Shown piece by piece: positions 1 to 14,754 of a DNA stretch of 64,000 nt (its first letter is position 1; each line of letters begins with the position of its first letter). Under the pieces are notes generated by a model, which was given only the letters and a program-made list of their open reading frames with translations, did no database searches and had not been told where the DNA came from. A program made the translations under genes and the position numbers. Origin of the DNA: Squalus acanthias (lineage: Eukaryota); contig CM059432.1 of the NCBI GenBank assembly GCA_030390025.1, positions 70,372,001 to 70,436,000 on the forward strand, written 5' to 3'.

Positions 1-1309
1 AAAATTAATCACTTTGGATTTAAAACATTTTACTTTGTATACAACCCAGTCCCTGAATGGTACAAGTGTCACTTTAACATTCTTTCTCTTTGGTAAAAAT
101 TAAATAATCTTAGCAGCTTGACAAAGCTTGTGCTAATACAGTTGTGCCAACAATACAAGTATAAACTCCTGCTGTCTGAAACATTATGCAGAAACTGGCA
201 AAATATTGGATCCTTTCAATTAGAAGTGAAGCTCAGTGCCTCACAACATAGGCCCAACCTGTCCAGTTTCTTTGTTTCTCTCCTAAAGGTGGTGTCCCAT
301 GGGGAGGTACTGTTCTACCTATAATGGCAACCTTCTGGTGGCCAATCTAAGTTTGAGCCTAGACATCGAATATCAGACTACTTAACCAGGAAGCAGTCTT
401 CATAGGTACGTGCAGTCCACATATTTTGTAAGTGGTGTTACTGGATAATAAGAAATAAGCACCTTAGATAACTTTTTCCCTTTCCCCATTTTCCTAGATG
501 GGCTATTGGGGGAGGGGCCATGGATGCCAGTTGTACCATCCATAACATTTGGTTCAGCTGAGATCAGGTAATTCAGCAAAGACTGAGGATCACATCTGGG
601 GCCATATTGGTCTGTCTGTCTCATTAACAGGTGGCATAGTTACCCAGAGACCAAATGAAGCCACTTTAAAACTAACAGTTAGGAATAACTTCCAATAGTG
701 TTTTCACATGCACGCTCATGTCCAAAAAAACCCCAAAGAAAACACCAAGATTGTAATTAATGACAAGGAAGAGGATTCAGTGGCTCAACTCTTCCACTAA
801 ACTCCAATTTTCATACCCTACAGGAAAATATGCACTGCTTCAAACCTCTTGTGTACTGATCTCTTCAGCTTTATTAAAATAGTTAAGCCCAGGGTTTTAA
901 TAATTAAACTACAAACTAGTATTTAACAAAGCTGTATGTAAATACACTCAAAGCATTTTGCTCCCTTTTAATAATTAAAGGAATTTTATTTGTCTTCGGG
1001 ATATTTTAGTTGGCAAATAATTTGACACATTTTCACTTTTGTTTAAACTTATCACTTTGATACTTATAATGTTGAACGGTAGCACGCTTTAACTACTTTC
1101 AAAGGGAGCCGCATTAGTATCTCTTTAAAAAGTACTGTTAAAGTAATTACAATTAGCACTACCTTTTATGCCCATTTTTAGGGGGGGGGGGGGGGGGAGG
1201 AGGGGAAAGAGTCAAAATAGTAAGTTCTGACAGACATCACTGGAAACTGGCATACAAAAATAACAGCATTAAGGATCTTGAATTATCAGCAGAAGCAGTT
1301 AGTAACTCA

Positions 1310-2632
1310 GGATTAAGGAAGTGGTAGCAGGACATTTAGAAAATCATAATATAGTCAAGCAGAGTCAGCATGGTTTTATGAAAGGGAAATCATGTGACAA
1401 ATTTGCTGGAGTTCTTTGAGGATGTAACGAGCAGGGTGGATAAAGGGGAACCAGAAGATGTCGTGTATTTGGATTTCCATAAGGCATTCAATAAGGTGCC
1501 ACACAAAAGGTTATTGCACAAGATAAGAGCTCACGGGGTTGGGGGTAATATATTAGCATGGATAAAGGATTGGCTAACTAACAGAAAACAGAGTCGGGAT
1601 AAATGGGTCATTTTCAGGTTGGCAAACTGTAACTAGTGGGGTGCTGCAGGGATCAGTGCCGAGGCCTCAACTATTTACAATCTATATTAATGACTTGGAT
1701 GAAGGGACCAAGTGTAATGTAGCCAAATTTGCTGATGATACTAAGATAGGTGGGAAAGCAAATGGTGTGGAGGACGCAAAGAATCTCCAAAGGGATATAG
1801 ATAGGCTAAGTGAGTGGGCAAAAATCTGGCAGATGGAGTATAATGTGGGAAAATGCAAGGTTAGGAAAAATTAAAAAGCAAATTATTTAAATGGGGAGAG
1901 ATTACAAAATGCTGAGGTACAGAGGGATCTGGGGGTCCTTGTACATGAATCACAAAGTTAGCATGCAGGTACAGCAAGTAATTAGGAAGGCAAATGGAAT
2001 GTTGGCCTTAATTGCAAAGGGAATGGCGTATAAAAGTAGGTAAGTCCTGTTACAACTGTACAGGGCGTTGGTGAGACCACACCTGGAGTACTGTGTACAA
2101 TTTTGGTCTCCTTATTTAAGGAAGGATATACTTGCATTGGAGGCAGTTCAGAGAAAGTTCACGAGGTTGATTCCGGAGATGAAGGGGTTGTCTTATGAAG
2201 AAAGGTTGAGCAGGTTGGGCCTATTGGAGTTTAGAAGAATGATAGGGGATCTTATTGAAACACACAAAATTCTGAAGGGGTTTGACAGTAGATGCAGAGA
2301 GGATGTTTCCTCTCGTGGGGGAATCTAGAACTAGGGGGCATAATTTCAGAATAAGGGTGCACCCATTTAAAACAGAAATGAGGAGGAATTTTTTCTCTGA
2401 GGGTTGTGAATCTTTGGAATTCTCTTCCCCAGAGAGCTGTGGAGGCTGGGTCATTGAATATATTTAAGGTGGAGATAGACAGATTTTTGAATGGTAAGGG
2501 AGTCAAGAGTTATGGGGAGCGAGCAGGGAAGTGGAGTTGAGGCCAAGAGCAGATCAGCCATGATCTTATTGAATGGCAGAGCAGGCTCGAGGGGCCAAAT
2601 GACCTACTCCTGCTCCTACGTCTTTTCTTATG
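1310..2632 (+). mobile_element. CR1 LINE, 5'-truncated (RT to 3' tail)
   Basis: QHGF/LDF.KAF/FADD/RPHLEYC fragments; tail at ~2550-2632. Confidence 0.92.
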
Positions 2633-4889
2633 AAGGATGCTGTAGTAACTTTGTTATTTTGACTTAGGTTCCTTTGCACCAGGTTAGCAATTCTCTTAAT
2701 GGGGTCAACACTCTCTTTAAATATTCAGGAACACTCAAGAAATTAATGGATGCTAAAATAAAATCTGTTCTTTTTGAAGGATATGGCTAGTGAATTTTTA
2801 TCTTTATACCATCCTGTACAAAGCCTCTGACAAGGGCATGATGCACAGTAAAGTTATATTTCAATGGGGAGGTGAGGACATCCTCAGCACTTCAACAGCA
2901 CATTCCAGATAGCAGGAGTTGGCACTTGCACTGTCAAATGAACCAACTAAAATGCATTTCTATCATGAACCACTCACTACAAATAGTATAAATAGGTAAA
3001 TAAAAGACAATGTGTGTGTTTTAGGACAAGATTTAAAATAGTTTTCACCACTAACACAATTACAATAAGAAAAGTATTCAGGAAATCAGGTGTAACCTTG
3101 CAAAAAAAATGAAGACATAATCCTGAAATAGCCAAAGATTTAAAACAAGAACCCACACAGAAATCACAAATTTGTTTTAAAATGACATCTCTGATATTCC
3201 AGGAGGAAACATGGAAAAACCTCTCCTGTATAATTAAGTGATACTATTATAACAATTAACATTTAAACTTCAGTAGGAAATAGGTTTAAAATACATACAT
3301 AATAATCAACATCCAGGATATAATACAAAAACATACGTCATCCAGAGTAGGTTTGGATTCATAAGCTCAAATCCAACTTCTGTTCATGTACACCTGAGTA
3401 ATCCATTCCAGACCATCTTGTTATTTTATATAAAATATATAAACACATTTTTGATTTTTATTTAAAACCACAATCAATGGACTATCATAGTAAACAGAAT
3501 ACACAGGTCAATATACACTGATGTAACTGATAAAGTAATAGATGAAATTTTTTTTTTCACATCTAAAGTCCACATTCTGACATCAGAATATGAAAATGTT
3601 AAATACAGGAGTATTTTATATGCTGCACACAAACACTATAAAACATCACACAAATACATTCAGGCTTTAAATAACTCAATTGACTGCTTGGTAAAAAAGA
3701 ATTACCAGCATCACTGAATAAGTGATTGATAGATGTGGAATGTTTTGATTCATCTGTATGCAGGATTTGCTCACATGGAGCATTAGAGTCAAACATTTGA
3801 TGTTGCTCAAATGTTCAACTTTTAAAAGTATTAATTTTCCCCAGACAGTAACAGTGGATTGTGTAATATCCACTCAATTTCCAAAAAGGGATACTCACAG
3901 TAACATCAGAAATTCTGAGAACAGAAGGTATAGAAATTATAGAACGCAATGTGGGCAGTGTCTTTGAAGCTGAGCTTTTCAGAACAGGGAGTGCAGTGAA
4001 AATCAGCATACTGATTACTCTTTTGTATTGTGCTGGTGCTGCTAGCTCCTGATGTGGGAATCTTGCACAACTGGTAGCAATAACCAGAAATAAACTTGCT
4101 GTATTCACTAAAGCTGGTGGCCGTTCTTTTCATGCTTACTTTCTGACACCGAGTAGAAGGGAAGATTATGTGCTAGGAAAATGATTTTAAAATTCAGTCG
4201 TGTGGAATTTCAGCTTTGGAAATAGGTTAATTATTTAGACTATAACTTAATTATCTAGGTCTATTTCCACCATCATTCCTTGGACTTTCACTGACTCTCT
4301 TTTCTGTAAGTGCAATAACCAAAACTGTACACTATTCCACTTGTGGTGTGCAGCATTGAAACATCTCCACTGATTATTCCAGCACACCCTGACAAGCAAC
4401 TACTCCTAGCTTGTAAAAGTCGCCAATGTGGTTGAGTCTCGAAAAACCTTCCTGTTGCCAATTATACCAAAGCATTGCTACAGAGATGGTATGTTTTTTA
4501 GATCTGAAAAATTGCATGGATTATATATAAAGGGAAGGTAGCTGGAAACAGAAGTAAAAAAGTAAAATGGAAATTGAAAAAAATTAGAAACTGCAAGTGT
4601 CACTTAAACCAGAATTGATTGGTGCTAAATCTACTGATTTATATTTTAGCATACTTCTCGTCTATCAGAAGAGCAACTCTGTTAACTACCATTTCTTCAC
4701 CTATAAACACATGGATCTGATTCAAACAGATCTTCACTAGAAATACTGACATTAGGATGAAATTTTTTTTTGTTCCTAACGTTTTTCCAATCTATCCTCC
4801 CAAAGTTGAAAATTAGCAAAGCCATACCCCATAACTATTTGAATTTAATTGGAATGCCCCAATTTTGCAGGTCAATTTCTAAGTACCAA

Positions 4890-5988
4890 CATGGCTTAGC
4901 GGTAGCACTCACTTTTTTTTTTAAATATTCGTTCATGGGATGTGGGCATCGCTGGCAAGGCCAGCATTTATTGCCCATCCCTAATTGCCCTTGAAGGTGG
5001 TGGTGAGCCACTTCTTGAACCGCTGCAGTCCGTGTGGTGAAGGTACTCCCACAGTGCTGTTAGGGAGGGAGTTCCAGGATTTTGTCCCAGTGACAATGAA
5101 GGAACAGCGATATACTTCCAAGTCAGGATGGTGTGTGACTTGGAGGGGAACTTGGAGGTGCTGGTGTTCCCATGCGCCTGCTGCCCTTGTCCTTCTAGGT
5201 GGTAGAGGTCGCGGGTTTGGGAGGTGCTGCCGAAGAAGCCTTGGCGAGTTGCTGCAGTGCATCTTGCAGATGGTACACACTGCAGCCATGGTGGAGGGAG
5301 TGAATGTTTAAGGTGGTGGATGGAGTGCCAATCAAGTGGGCTGCTTGGTCTTGGATGGTGTCGAGCTTCTTGAGTATTGTTGGAGCTGCACTCATCCAGG
5401 CAAGTGGAGAGTATTCCATCACACTCCTGACTTGTGGATGGTGGAAAGGCTTTGGGGAGTCAGGTGGTGAGATACTCGCCGCAGAATACCTAGCCTCTGA
5501 CCTGCTCTTGTTGCCACAGTATGTGTGTGGCTGGTCCAGTTAAGTTTCTGGTCAATGGTAACCCAGAGGTGAGTCAGAAGGTTGTAGGTTTAAGCCCCAC
5601 ACCAGGGACTTGAAGCTGACAATTCAGTGAAGTAAGGGAGTACTGCACAATCGGCAGTGCTGTTTTTGGATGAGATGTTAAACCGAGCCCCAATCTGCCT
5701 GTTCAGGTGGATGTAAAATATCCCATTAGCACTATTCTAAAAGGATCAGAGGAGTTCCCGGGTCCTGCACAATATTTATCCCTCACTTCCCAACACTATC
5801 AACACTTCCAAAAACAGATTAATAGGGCAGTTATCTAATTTGCGGTTTGTGGGACCTTGCTGTGTACGTAATGTCTACGGTGTTTGTCTACATAACAGTG
5901 TTATTACTTTAAAAGTAATTCACTGTGCAGTGCTTTGGGACACCCTAATGTCGTAAAAGATGCTTTTTAAGAAAAATTATTTCTTTCA
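4890..5988 (+). mobile_element. tRNA-derived DeuSINE (SacSINE1-like), split by a LINE insertion between its A and B boxes
   Basis: TGGCTTAGCGG A-box at 4892; resumes at ~5570 with GAGTCAGAAGGTTGTAGGTTTAAGCCCC; Deu-like core GGATGAGATGTTAAACCGAG. Confidence 0.75.
4912..5569 (-). mobile_element. Poly(A)-tailed non-LTR retrotransposon 3' fragment (not CR1; clade not assigned)
   Basis: MEYSPLAWMSAAPT.LKKLDTIQDQAAHLI...SWNSLP; poly(T) at the left end. Second copy at ~59228-60030, and a probable endonuclease-region fragment at ~32405-32790. Confidence 0.8.
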
Positions 5989-8900
5989 GTCCTGAATTTT
6001 AAAACATTCTGGGGACTATTGTATCCTTTAAGACATTTTTCAAGTTACAAGAACTGGCCAATGGAGGTAATAAATTAAGCCCAAATTCCGTAAATTCTGC
6101 TTTTTCACACTTCTCAGTGATAACCCATACGCCATCAATGTGTCTAAGGTTAAAATATGTACCACCAAAATACAATACATATTAATCCATCTATGTAAAA
6201 AAATGCTAAAGAAAAAAAATTGTGCATTCCAATCAAAAATCCCTTAATTTCTACTTGGATCTGTGGACACCACAAGGAGGCATTAACTGACAAGAAACAC
6301 AAGTTGCTGTATAAAAATTACAATTAGTAGGCAATTTGAAAAATCCTGTGGACCCACAGTAAAACAAAGTGCCCCTAATTTGGCCACTTTTCACTGATTT
6401 TTTGGGTGTGTGACCCTGATTGACAGATGAATGGAGCCATTAGAGAGCACAGACAAAAATGCTTGATCTGAATAAGGGCGATGGCAGTTTGAGTGAAATA
6501 TGTAGGTCTCGCTCACAAGGATAACAGAAACTACAATTACTCTGTCCCCTTTAAGTATTCTGATTAAAAAATTGCAGACTGAGTTTAAAATATTACTAAA
6601 CATTTCTTTATGCAGATGTATATGAAATGTACTGTCGTTATTTTGGCTAATGGCAGGATTGAAAGATCAAAGAATTTTACAATCTTTGGGTTGAGAAGTC
6701 AGTATATTTGTTTGGAGAGGAAGGATCTGTTAACAGATTTATTTGAACACTTTTTTTTAATTGAAGGCTTAAGGACCAAACAATATTTGTATGTTTGCGT
6801 GTGCTTGAGGGTTATTTTCAGCAGAAATGAGTCAAGGTTGTCAAGCATGGTTGAGAGATTGTAGAAAAATGGAACAGTGCTGGAGGACAACGGGAGTTAA
6901 AATAGTGGATGGTGGCTCCAGTTATGGCATAATCATATTGAAGGACAGGGGCATCTATTTGACTAAGACAATATTTTACAGTATCTGGTCACTAAATTAT
7001 GAGTGCTGATGAAAATGATCTAACTCATATGACTGCTTCATTAGCTTTAGCAACTATTATAGCTGGACATTTAGGCAAATATAGTTTTGAAATACAAGTA
7101 TTCTAATAACTCTCATTCTGGTGCCTATTTGTTGGATAAACCTGTATTTCCTATATCCCTCGCACAACACCTAATTCTTCAGCCTGAATATGTCGATATA
7201 CCTCGAGCCCTTACCCTGAATGCTGCTCAGACGTCTACAACAACTTGCATTTACATTATGTAGAAAAATGTCCCAAGGTGCTTCACAAAGACATAAACAA
7301 AAATGGACGCTGAGCCAAAGGAGGAGATATTAGGAGGGATGACCAATAGCTTGGTCAAAGAGGTGAGTTTTAAGGAGGGTCTTAAAGGAGGAAATGCGGA
7401 GTGGTTTAAGGAGTGAATTAAGAGTGTGGGGCCTAGACGGCTGAAAGCACAGCCACCAATGGTGAGGCGAGCAGGGGGAACGCACAAGAGACCAGAGTTG
7501 GAGGATCTAGCTCATTGTTCTGAAGGCTATGGCAGTTACTACATTTAATGAAATACATTTTATAAATTAATTAGACTGATTGGCACAAATATTACACTGA
7601 AGAATTTACTTAGAATGAATGCCATTTATATATCTCGTTCATTTTTTTGCTGTAAATTTTCAGATATATCCCGGCTACTACCAGAGTTCCAGCATGTTTC
7701 TAAATCAACTGTTTAAAAAATAAATCAAATTGCAATTTTCAATATTCTCTTCTATTCATATTTAAGCATAATCAGGATAGTCATGATAAATTAACTGATG
7801 TATTTGGAACACAGATACAACTACTTTACGTGCCAATCTTTCCTTTTCCTCTAAAAGCTTAAAATATATACCACAATTTCCCAAACTGATCAGAATGCTT
7901 CCAAACTTAATTCCAAAAATTACAGTAATTGCAACCTTCAATATACAGAAACTTTTGCAAATTAATAGATTGCAATTTTTTGTTTGTTTCCACAAATTTG
8001 AGGCTATACTGGATTCGCTGTATACCCTGGAAATGCAGAGACAGTGCAAAATCCTTTAAAGCCAGATTGGGAGCTGACAAAGTTACACAGATTACAACTC
8101 ATTAAAACAGGCCAAGATAGACTGAACAGTTTTTTCATCCCTAGTAATTGCTTTGAGCATTCCCAATGTATGCAAACAGATGGTTGGACTCAACTTTAGG
8201 AAAGGTCTTGAATTGGTACGCAAACATGTCCCAAACCAATGAGAACTACAGCCCTCGCCACCTGTTACACAGCATACTAATGGGAGAGGACAGTTTGTTT
8301 TACTGAGATGTTATGTAGTGCATGAGCTACACTAATGGGCAACGTATAGGTGAGCAGATGACGACCATCTAATTAAAAACAGAAAATGGCAGAGAATGAA
8401 AGTTACAGGCTAACACGAGTGTATGTTCTGATATCAGACTGATTAATTTTCAAAAATTTCCAGTACTTCATCTGGTGTACTTATATTTTTAGTACATCAG
8501 TTTTGTTCTCTTTAGAGTTCCACCCACCCCCGAGTGTATAAAATGGATCTATTTCACCCCCATCTTTCCCCCCCCCCCACACAGATCTCGCTAGGTCACC
8601 TATCTTCTGTGGCAGGTTTGTTCCCAGTACTCCGCCAATGCCATTCTCCAGACATATGGCACCACGACTCCTGACAACCTACCCTCAGATTCCAAAGAGA
8701 GGCGTCTAGTCGTTGCTCAGTGTCTCTTCACAAAGATCAAGAACGTAATGGAGAGGGGCAACTGAACCTACGTCTCTCCACTCTGTCACTGCACAATGGC
8801 AGTCCAACATGCTATGCCACATTTAGTACTAAAACTTAGGAAATCAGGTAAGGACATTAATACTGGTGCAAAAGACTTTTTTCAACAAAATAATTTTAAT

Positions 8901-9010
8901 GTATAACAGGAGGCATTATTCAGTATTTGTATAGATATAGATACTTGAGAATGAAAAGAAAATGTTGTAAAAAAGTGTTCACTAAAATGTGTTCTCAAAA
9001 GTGTACAGAG

Positions 9011-9115
9011 TCATTCATTTTTTTGTCTCCAGTGAATACGTTCTAAAAGGGCCCGCAGTATATTTCCTGGTATTTTTTGGTGTTTGTCTATTAAGCCCTG
9101 CACAGCTTGCTTTGC
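9011..9115 (-). CDS. TMEM68: TMEM68 last coding exon
   Basis: Acceptor tttctag|GCA. AKQAVQGLIDKHQKIPGNILRALLERIHWRQKNE* with TGA at 9013-9011. Spliced CDS is 993 nt = 330 aa. Confidence 0.94.
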   Translation of the reverse strand, partial: AKQAVQGLIDKHQKIPGNILRALLERIHWRQKNE

Positions 9116-9654
9116 CTAGAAAGATGAAAAGATAACATTATGTGAGTGCGTTACAAATCACCTGAGCTGCACATCATAACACTGATGCGCTATAAGCATA
9201 TTACAGTTTTCAGTCAACCTGTTTCGATACATATTTGAGCAAGTACTTAATTTTATGCAAATTCTTCAATCCCTCCCCCATCTATTTAAAAATAGTCTTT
9301 CGGCCCACAGCAAACTATGGGGTACAGATAGTCTTCCTACACTAATTTGCCTATTTTAATCACAACTGGTCTTTGGGCACTGTGTGGCAAGAATGCAGAT
9401 GGACCCTCTGCAGTTTCCCTCCCCTTGGGTCTGCTTGGCATCTTCCAATCACTAAGCACAAATTAGGAACTCACCTTTGGAAGACTGCAGGTATAAGTCA
9501 TAGCATCTTACCACTTAGCTGTGAAGTCCATCAAGTATTTGTCTTCAGGATAGATAGTGGGGATTCAAAAATGGCTATTTTGGGAATGTTGTAGTTTTTT
9601 CCCCTAAATGATGTGCCCAATTGTATAACACATTGTAACAGGAAAATAAGTTAC

Positions 9655-9794
9655 CTTTTCAGCCAGCTCAGCAGCAGTTATATTGGGATCGTAAGGAATA
9701 GGATCTCCCAAATAGGTGCAAAACTTTACAGGAAAACCTCCATAAATAGGAACAAATGGCCATCTAAATTTTTCATACAACCATCTACATATAC
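9655..9794 (-). CDS. TMEM68: TMEM68 coding exon 5
   Basis: Acceptor ttaacag|GT, donor AAG|gtaact; 140 nt, phase 1-0. ICRWLYEKFRWPFVPIYGGFPVKFCTYLGDPIPYDPNITAAELAEK. Confidence 0.95.
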
Positions 9795-10724
9795 CTGTTA
9801 AAGATTTAAAAAATAGAAAATTATGCTGCAGGTTAAAACACTGTACAATGCTCAACCAGGTAAGCCACTAGATTATGCCATACAGACACACATTCCAATT
9901 TGAATAATGAAAATATGAACACATCTTGAGAATGGCTAATAAATCTTTAACCTAAACATGTCACTTTCAACTAGATCTAAAGATCTATGAACCTAATCAT
10001 TGTTACATTAAGACAACTACTAAATCAGCAATATTTATGGTTCCTTCAATTTGTTTTTAAAAAGAGCAAAGTGCCAATTTTGTCCTTTTTTCTTACATCA
10101 AAGCAATTGTGGTTGAGAAATGAATTAATGATGCAAATGGCAGACATGTTGATTTACACATTATACATTCAACAATTATGGAATTGCTATTCCTTTTTAC
10201 CCAATCCATTTGCAGCTTCAAGGAAATATATTTATCCCTTCTGCACCAAGGTTACTGTATCAATTCAGGTTAGTACCAGTATTATCCTGCTTTCATGTTT
10301 AAATCCATTTTTATTTGGCCGAGTGTGACCTGTATGATCAGAATGTTCATGATTCTAACATCAAAGCCAAAATTAAAGCATAACATATAATACAATGATT
10401 CATGATAGATTTGGTGTGAACATGGATCTCAGACAGAGATTTCAACAATGTGTCAAATGTCACTGCACAGCTGGTCATGTGTTAAGTAAAATACTTACAC
10501 CACTAGATAATGGCACTGGAGCAAAATTAAGTGCAAGTAAATGGGAAATGATTTAATTGTTCCACGGTGATATTCAAATATGAAGAACACTTCAATGTGA
10601 ATAAATCACCAAAAACTTATTCAACTGGTGGAACTGTAAAGTACATAGCCAATAGCTGAATTGCACATTAAATACATTACAAAATACAATTTAGATTTAC
10701 AACAGGAGCAAAGACGTTACTTAC

Positions 10725-10785
10725 CAAAACATCCCAATGTCCTAAATCCTTCTCGAATATTCCGTGTAAACATAGGAATAATGGG
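10725..10785 (-). CDS. TMEM68: TMEM68 coding exon 4 (short, absent from the ORF track)
   Basis: Acceptor tctttag|CCC, donor TTTG|gtaagt; 61 nt, phase 0-1. PIIPMFTRNIREGFRTLGCF(G). Confidence 0.93.
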
Positions 10786-12299
10786 CTAAAGATGGAAAAC
10801 AAAGTCATAGGGGCATAGGAACCATTTAAAACCTTTTACAAAAGCATATTGTACATCATAAAATCTTTTAGGAATATACATTTTAACCAATTAACACAAA
10901 TAATGCAGTGAAAAGGTGATTCATCGAATTATTCTGTACCTAGAACCAAGAATGGAACAAAATAAAGCATTAACATTCTTTTATTGTACTATATCGGAGA
11001 GGACAGGTAATACCATGCTGCTTAAGAGTGCCATATACAAAATGAATCATGAGATTACCAGCACGCATTGGAAACTGACACCTTCTGATATGATGAATTG
11101 GTTAATGATCATTTGGACTGCTGGACAAATTAATCACTATAACAGCATCCCAACCCATAGTGAATTTGTAGAACTTCTTGGCATAAGCTGGCACCACAGA
11201 ATAAATGATAGGCCAGGTCTGACTGACTGATTCCAGCAGCAATGTCTGAGTTCAGCATTAAAAAACCTCTCCTGACTTCCGGACGCTGCCATCAGACCCC
11301 CTCAGCAACTAAAAAAAACCCTATAATTTTACAGCACTAACATTTTCAACAGCGCATCGGGGAGCAGAATTTGTACAAACTACAGGCTTTTTTTCTGCTG
11401 ATCGCACTTCAATATTATTTGCAAGTGTTCTGCCTAGTTGCAGTATTGTGATACAAGTTGCTGTAGTGCACTCTACGTACTGCAGTTCCACAGAAGAGGG
11501 GTGATAATCACAACACCCATAATGTATATATCTCTCATACATACAGAATTTATCAAAAGCTAGAACTTCTCGGCCCAAGCTCTGAGAAAATAGTAGAATT
11601 TAAGCACCAGGCCCAGGGAGAAGGGCAGGGCTTGCAGTGAAAACTTCTTGGAAGCATTAGTAACATAAATTTAGCTAACTTTATGGGTAGGTTTAGTGTT
11701 TCTTTTCCATAATTATATAATTTGTGTATTTATTTTGGTATAAATTTAAATGTGTTATATGTATTGGGGTGCTTGAGAAAACAATATGACTACTCAAAGG
11801 ATTTGAAGAAAATGACTAGAGCAATTTGGCTGTTGGGTGGTTCCCAACTAACTTTAAATAGCTGCCTTACAGATGCAAGACTATTAATTATATACAACAA
11901 TTGCATTATAATGTGGAAAAAAAGTCACAAGACACTTCAGGTCAAGCCAGAAAGGAAGAGCTTAGGAGGGGTGACTGAAAGCTCGATGACAAAGAATTTT
12001 GAAAAGGTTTTTTAAAAGTGGAGAACCAGAGTTGCTTAGCTAATAAGCTCCAGTGAGTAGATCCGATGCAGCTTAAGTTCGACCACTAGTGGTGGTGAGG
12101 GGTGGAAAGAAGGGAGGAACCACACATTTGTGAGGGGATAAAGGACTCGAGAATGTTGCAGAGATAGGGTGGGGGTGAGACAGTGAGGGATTTGTAGATG
12201 AATTACAGCAGTGTAAAGGAAGTATTTCAGTATGGCCTACTCCTGCTCTTACTTCTTATGTAAGGAAGACTGGGTAGAACTAACGAACAACAAAGGATG

Positions 12300-13700
12300 C
12301 AAGACACTGGTGGGAGTTGTCGACAGACCTCCTGACAGTAGGGTTGTAATGGGAGGGATGCATAAAGAGAGAGATCAGGGAAGCATGTAGCAAAAACAAT
12401 GTAGTTATAATGGGAGATTTTAACTTTCACAGACTAGGAAAAACACAGCTCCAGTAGTAAAGTCAATAAATGTCTAGAATGTATTTGGGACAGTTTTCTA
12501 GAACAATATGTTTCAGAACCGACATGGGTACGTACAGGGCTATACTAGATGTAGTGATAAGTAACAAACCAGAATTAGTTAACAAGCTGAGAGTAAGGGG
12601 GCATCTTGCGAAGAGTGACCATATGATTGAATTTTGTATTAAGCTTGAGGGGGAGATGCAAGATTCACAAACCAAGTTATTAAATTTAAGTAAGGCAAAT
12701 TTTGAAGGGATGAGAAATGAATTGACCACAGTAAACTGGGCTGAACTGTTAATGGGTAAACCTACAACCAACAGTGAGAAGTATTCAAAGAATTATTTGG
12801 TACAATACAAAAGCAATACATACAATGGCAAATGTGTTACTTGTGTAGTTCAGCAACCATGGTCAACAAATGAGATCATAGAATCTTACAGCACAGAAGG
12901 AGGCCATTTGGCCCATCGTCCCTGTGTCGGCTCTTTCAAAGAGCCACCATAATCCCACTTTCCTGTTCTTTCCCCATAGCCATGTAAAACTTTCCTTTTC
13001 AATTATATATCCAATTCCCTTTTGAAAGTTACTATTGAATCTGCTTCCACCACCCTTTCAGGCAGTGCTTTACAGATCATAAATTTGCTGCACAGAAAAA
13101 ATTCCCATCTCCCCTCTGGTTCTTTTGCCAATTACCTTAAATCTGTATTCTCTGGTTACCGACCCTCCTGCCACTAGAAACAGTTTCTCCTTATTTACTC
13201 TATCAAAACCATTCATGATTTTGAACACCTGTCAAATCTCCTCTTAACCTTATCTGCTCTAAGGAGAACAATCCCAGCTTCTCCAGTCTCTCCACATAAT
13301 TCAAGTCCCTCAGCCCTGGTACCATTTTAATAAATCTCCTCTGTACCCACTCCAAGGCACTGACATCCTTCCTAAAGTGTGGTGCCCAGAATTAGACAAT
13401 ACTCCAGCTGAGGCCTAACCAGCTAAGAGACAGTATCAAGTTAAAAGAAAAGAATTACACAAATGCAAGAAAAAGTGGAAATCCAGCAAACTGGGAAAGC
13501 TATAAAAAGCAACAAAGGTATACAGAGAAAGTAATGAGGTGCATAAAGAAATGTGCAAGGGATATCAAAGTCAACAGTAAACGTTTTTATAAATATATTG
13601 AGAAAGAACGTGGTAAAAGGGAATGTGGGCCCATTAAAGACGTGTAGGTGAAACTGTAATGACCAATAAGGAAATGGTAGACTTGTTAAATGAACACTTT
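12300..13700 (+). mobile_element. Old CR1 ORF2 fragment interrupted by a minus-strand CR1 3' fragment (~12876-13422)
   Basis: GDFN, LD.V, SDH motifs in ORF 12470-12952. The insert has a tail of the ...GGCCTCCTTCTGTGCTGTA..ATTCTATG type. Confidence 0.8.
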
Positions 13701-14438
13701 AGCCTGGAATTTGCGGTAGAAATAATGGTGAGGCTATTGGCGCTCACCGTTATTAAGGAGTAAACCGGACAGCAACTTCCAGCGTCCGCACATGCGCAGT
13801 TAAACGTGGATATCAGGAAGTTGTTGTCAGAGTTGCCATGCTCCTCCAAAAGCTTTGCTACACCGGTATCTCGCCGAGACACTCAGCATTCAAATACATG
13901 CAACGGCGTGAAGTTGGGGTACTTACCCACTAAACACACCGGAAAAAGTTAGGGCTTGTGTAAGCGAATTTTTCACGTCGTGATAAGTCTTAATTACTGC
14001 CAAACAACCTTACTGGTACTTTTACAAGTGTGGAGTCTCATTCCTTCGGATTTTAATTATTGTTGGAGATTTTAAAAAATAATTTGTTTTAACTTTTTCT
14101 GTGTCTTTTATCTCTCACTTAATCCCATCTTTCATTCCCTCTCTTTATTGTGCTTTTTGTATATAATTTGGCATTGAATAAAATATTCTAACTGACACTT
14201 CCTGGTTCAGACTCTGCACGTCTCAGCAAGGTTTTCTTCAATCTGATTGGTTAAGGTGGCACACCATTGCTTGCCTTGTTCACACAGGTGCCAGATCCCC
14301 TGTAGAGGGCGCTGCACTGTTTTGGATTTCTAATAACCGCAACTTCCAATGCAAAAGCCCACGGAAAGTCTGTGGGCAAGTGTAAATGTAATGAACGGCT
14401 AGCGCCGTTTGTTCGCTACTGACCGCAAAATCCTGGCC
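13701..14438. mobile_element. Non-autonomous TIR element (MITE-like), family A
   Basis: Ends AGCCTGGAATTTGCGGT / ACCGCAAAATCCTGGCC. Interrupts the CR1 coding sequence LNEHF|VSIF. Confidence 0.75.
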
Positions 14439-14754
14439 AATGTATCCATTTTCACAGGATAAAATATCAATTGTTAGATAACCTTCTTAACTGTTAGGTG
14501 GTTGAATCTAGACAGAGTGGGGCCTATCAGGATGTGTACGATACCTCATTAACTGTTAGATGGCCTTAACTTGGTTAACTTAACTTATTAATGACATGCT
14601 TTGACTGTTGATTAGAGGGAGGTCACACCTAATTCTACATAAACAAGGACACAGTAGCCTGTGTAAGGTCATGGCTGGTTGAAGCTAGACAGAGTGGAGT
14701 CATTCAGGATGTATCAGTTGTTGGATAACCTTGTTAACTGTTAGATAGCCTTCG

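Noticed and set aside
8895..8900. ATTAAA on the minus strand ~110 nt after the TMEM68 stop as the poly(A) signal
   Set aside because: Plausible, but such hexamers are common in this AT-rich region. The 3'UTR end cannot be fixed without transcript data.
118..8900. Short ORFs in the unique AT-rich sequence downstream of TMEM68
   Set aside because: No recognisable domains or consistent splice structure.
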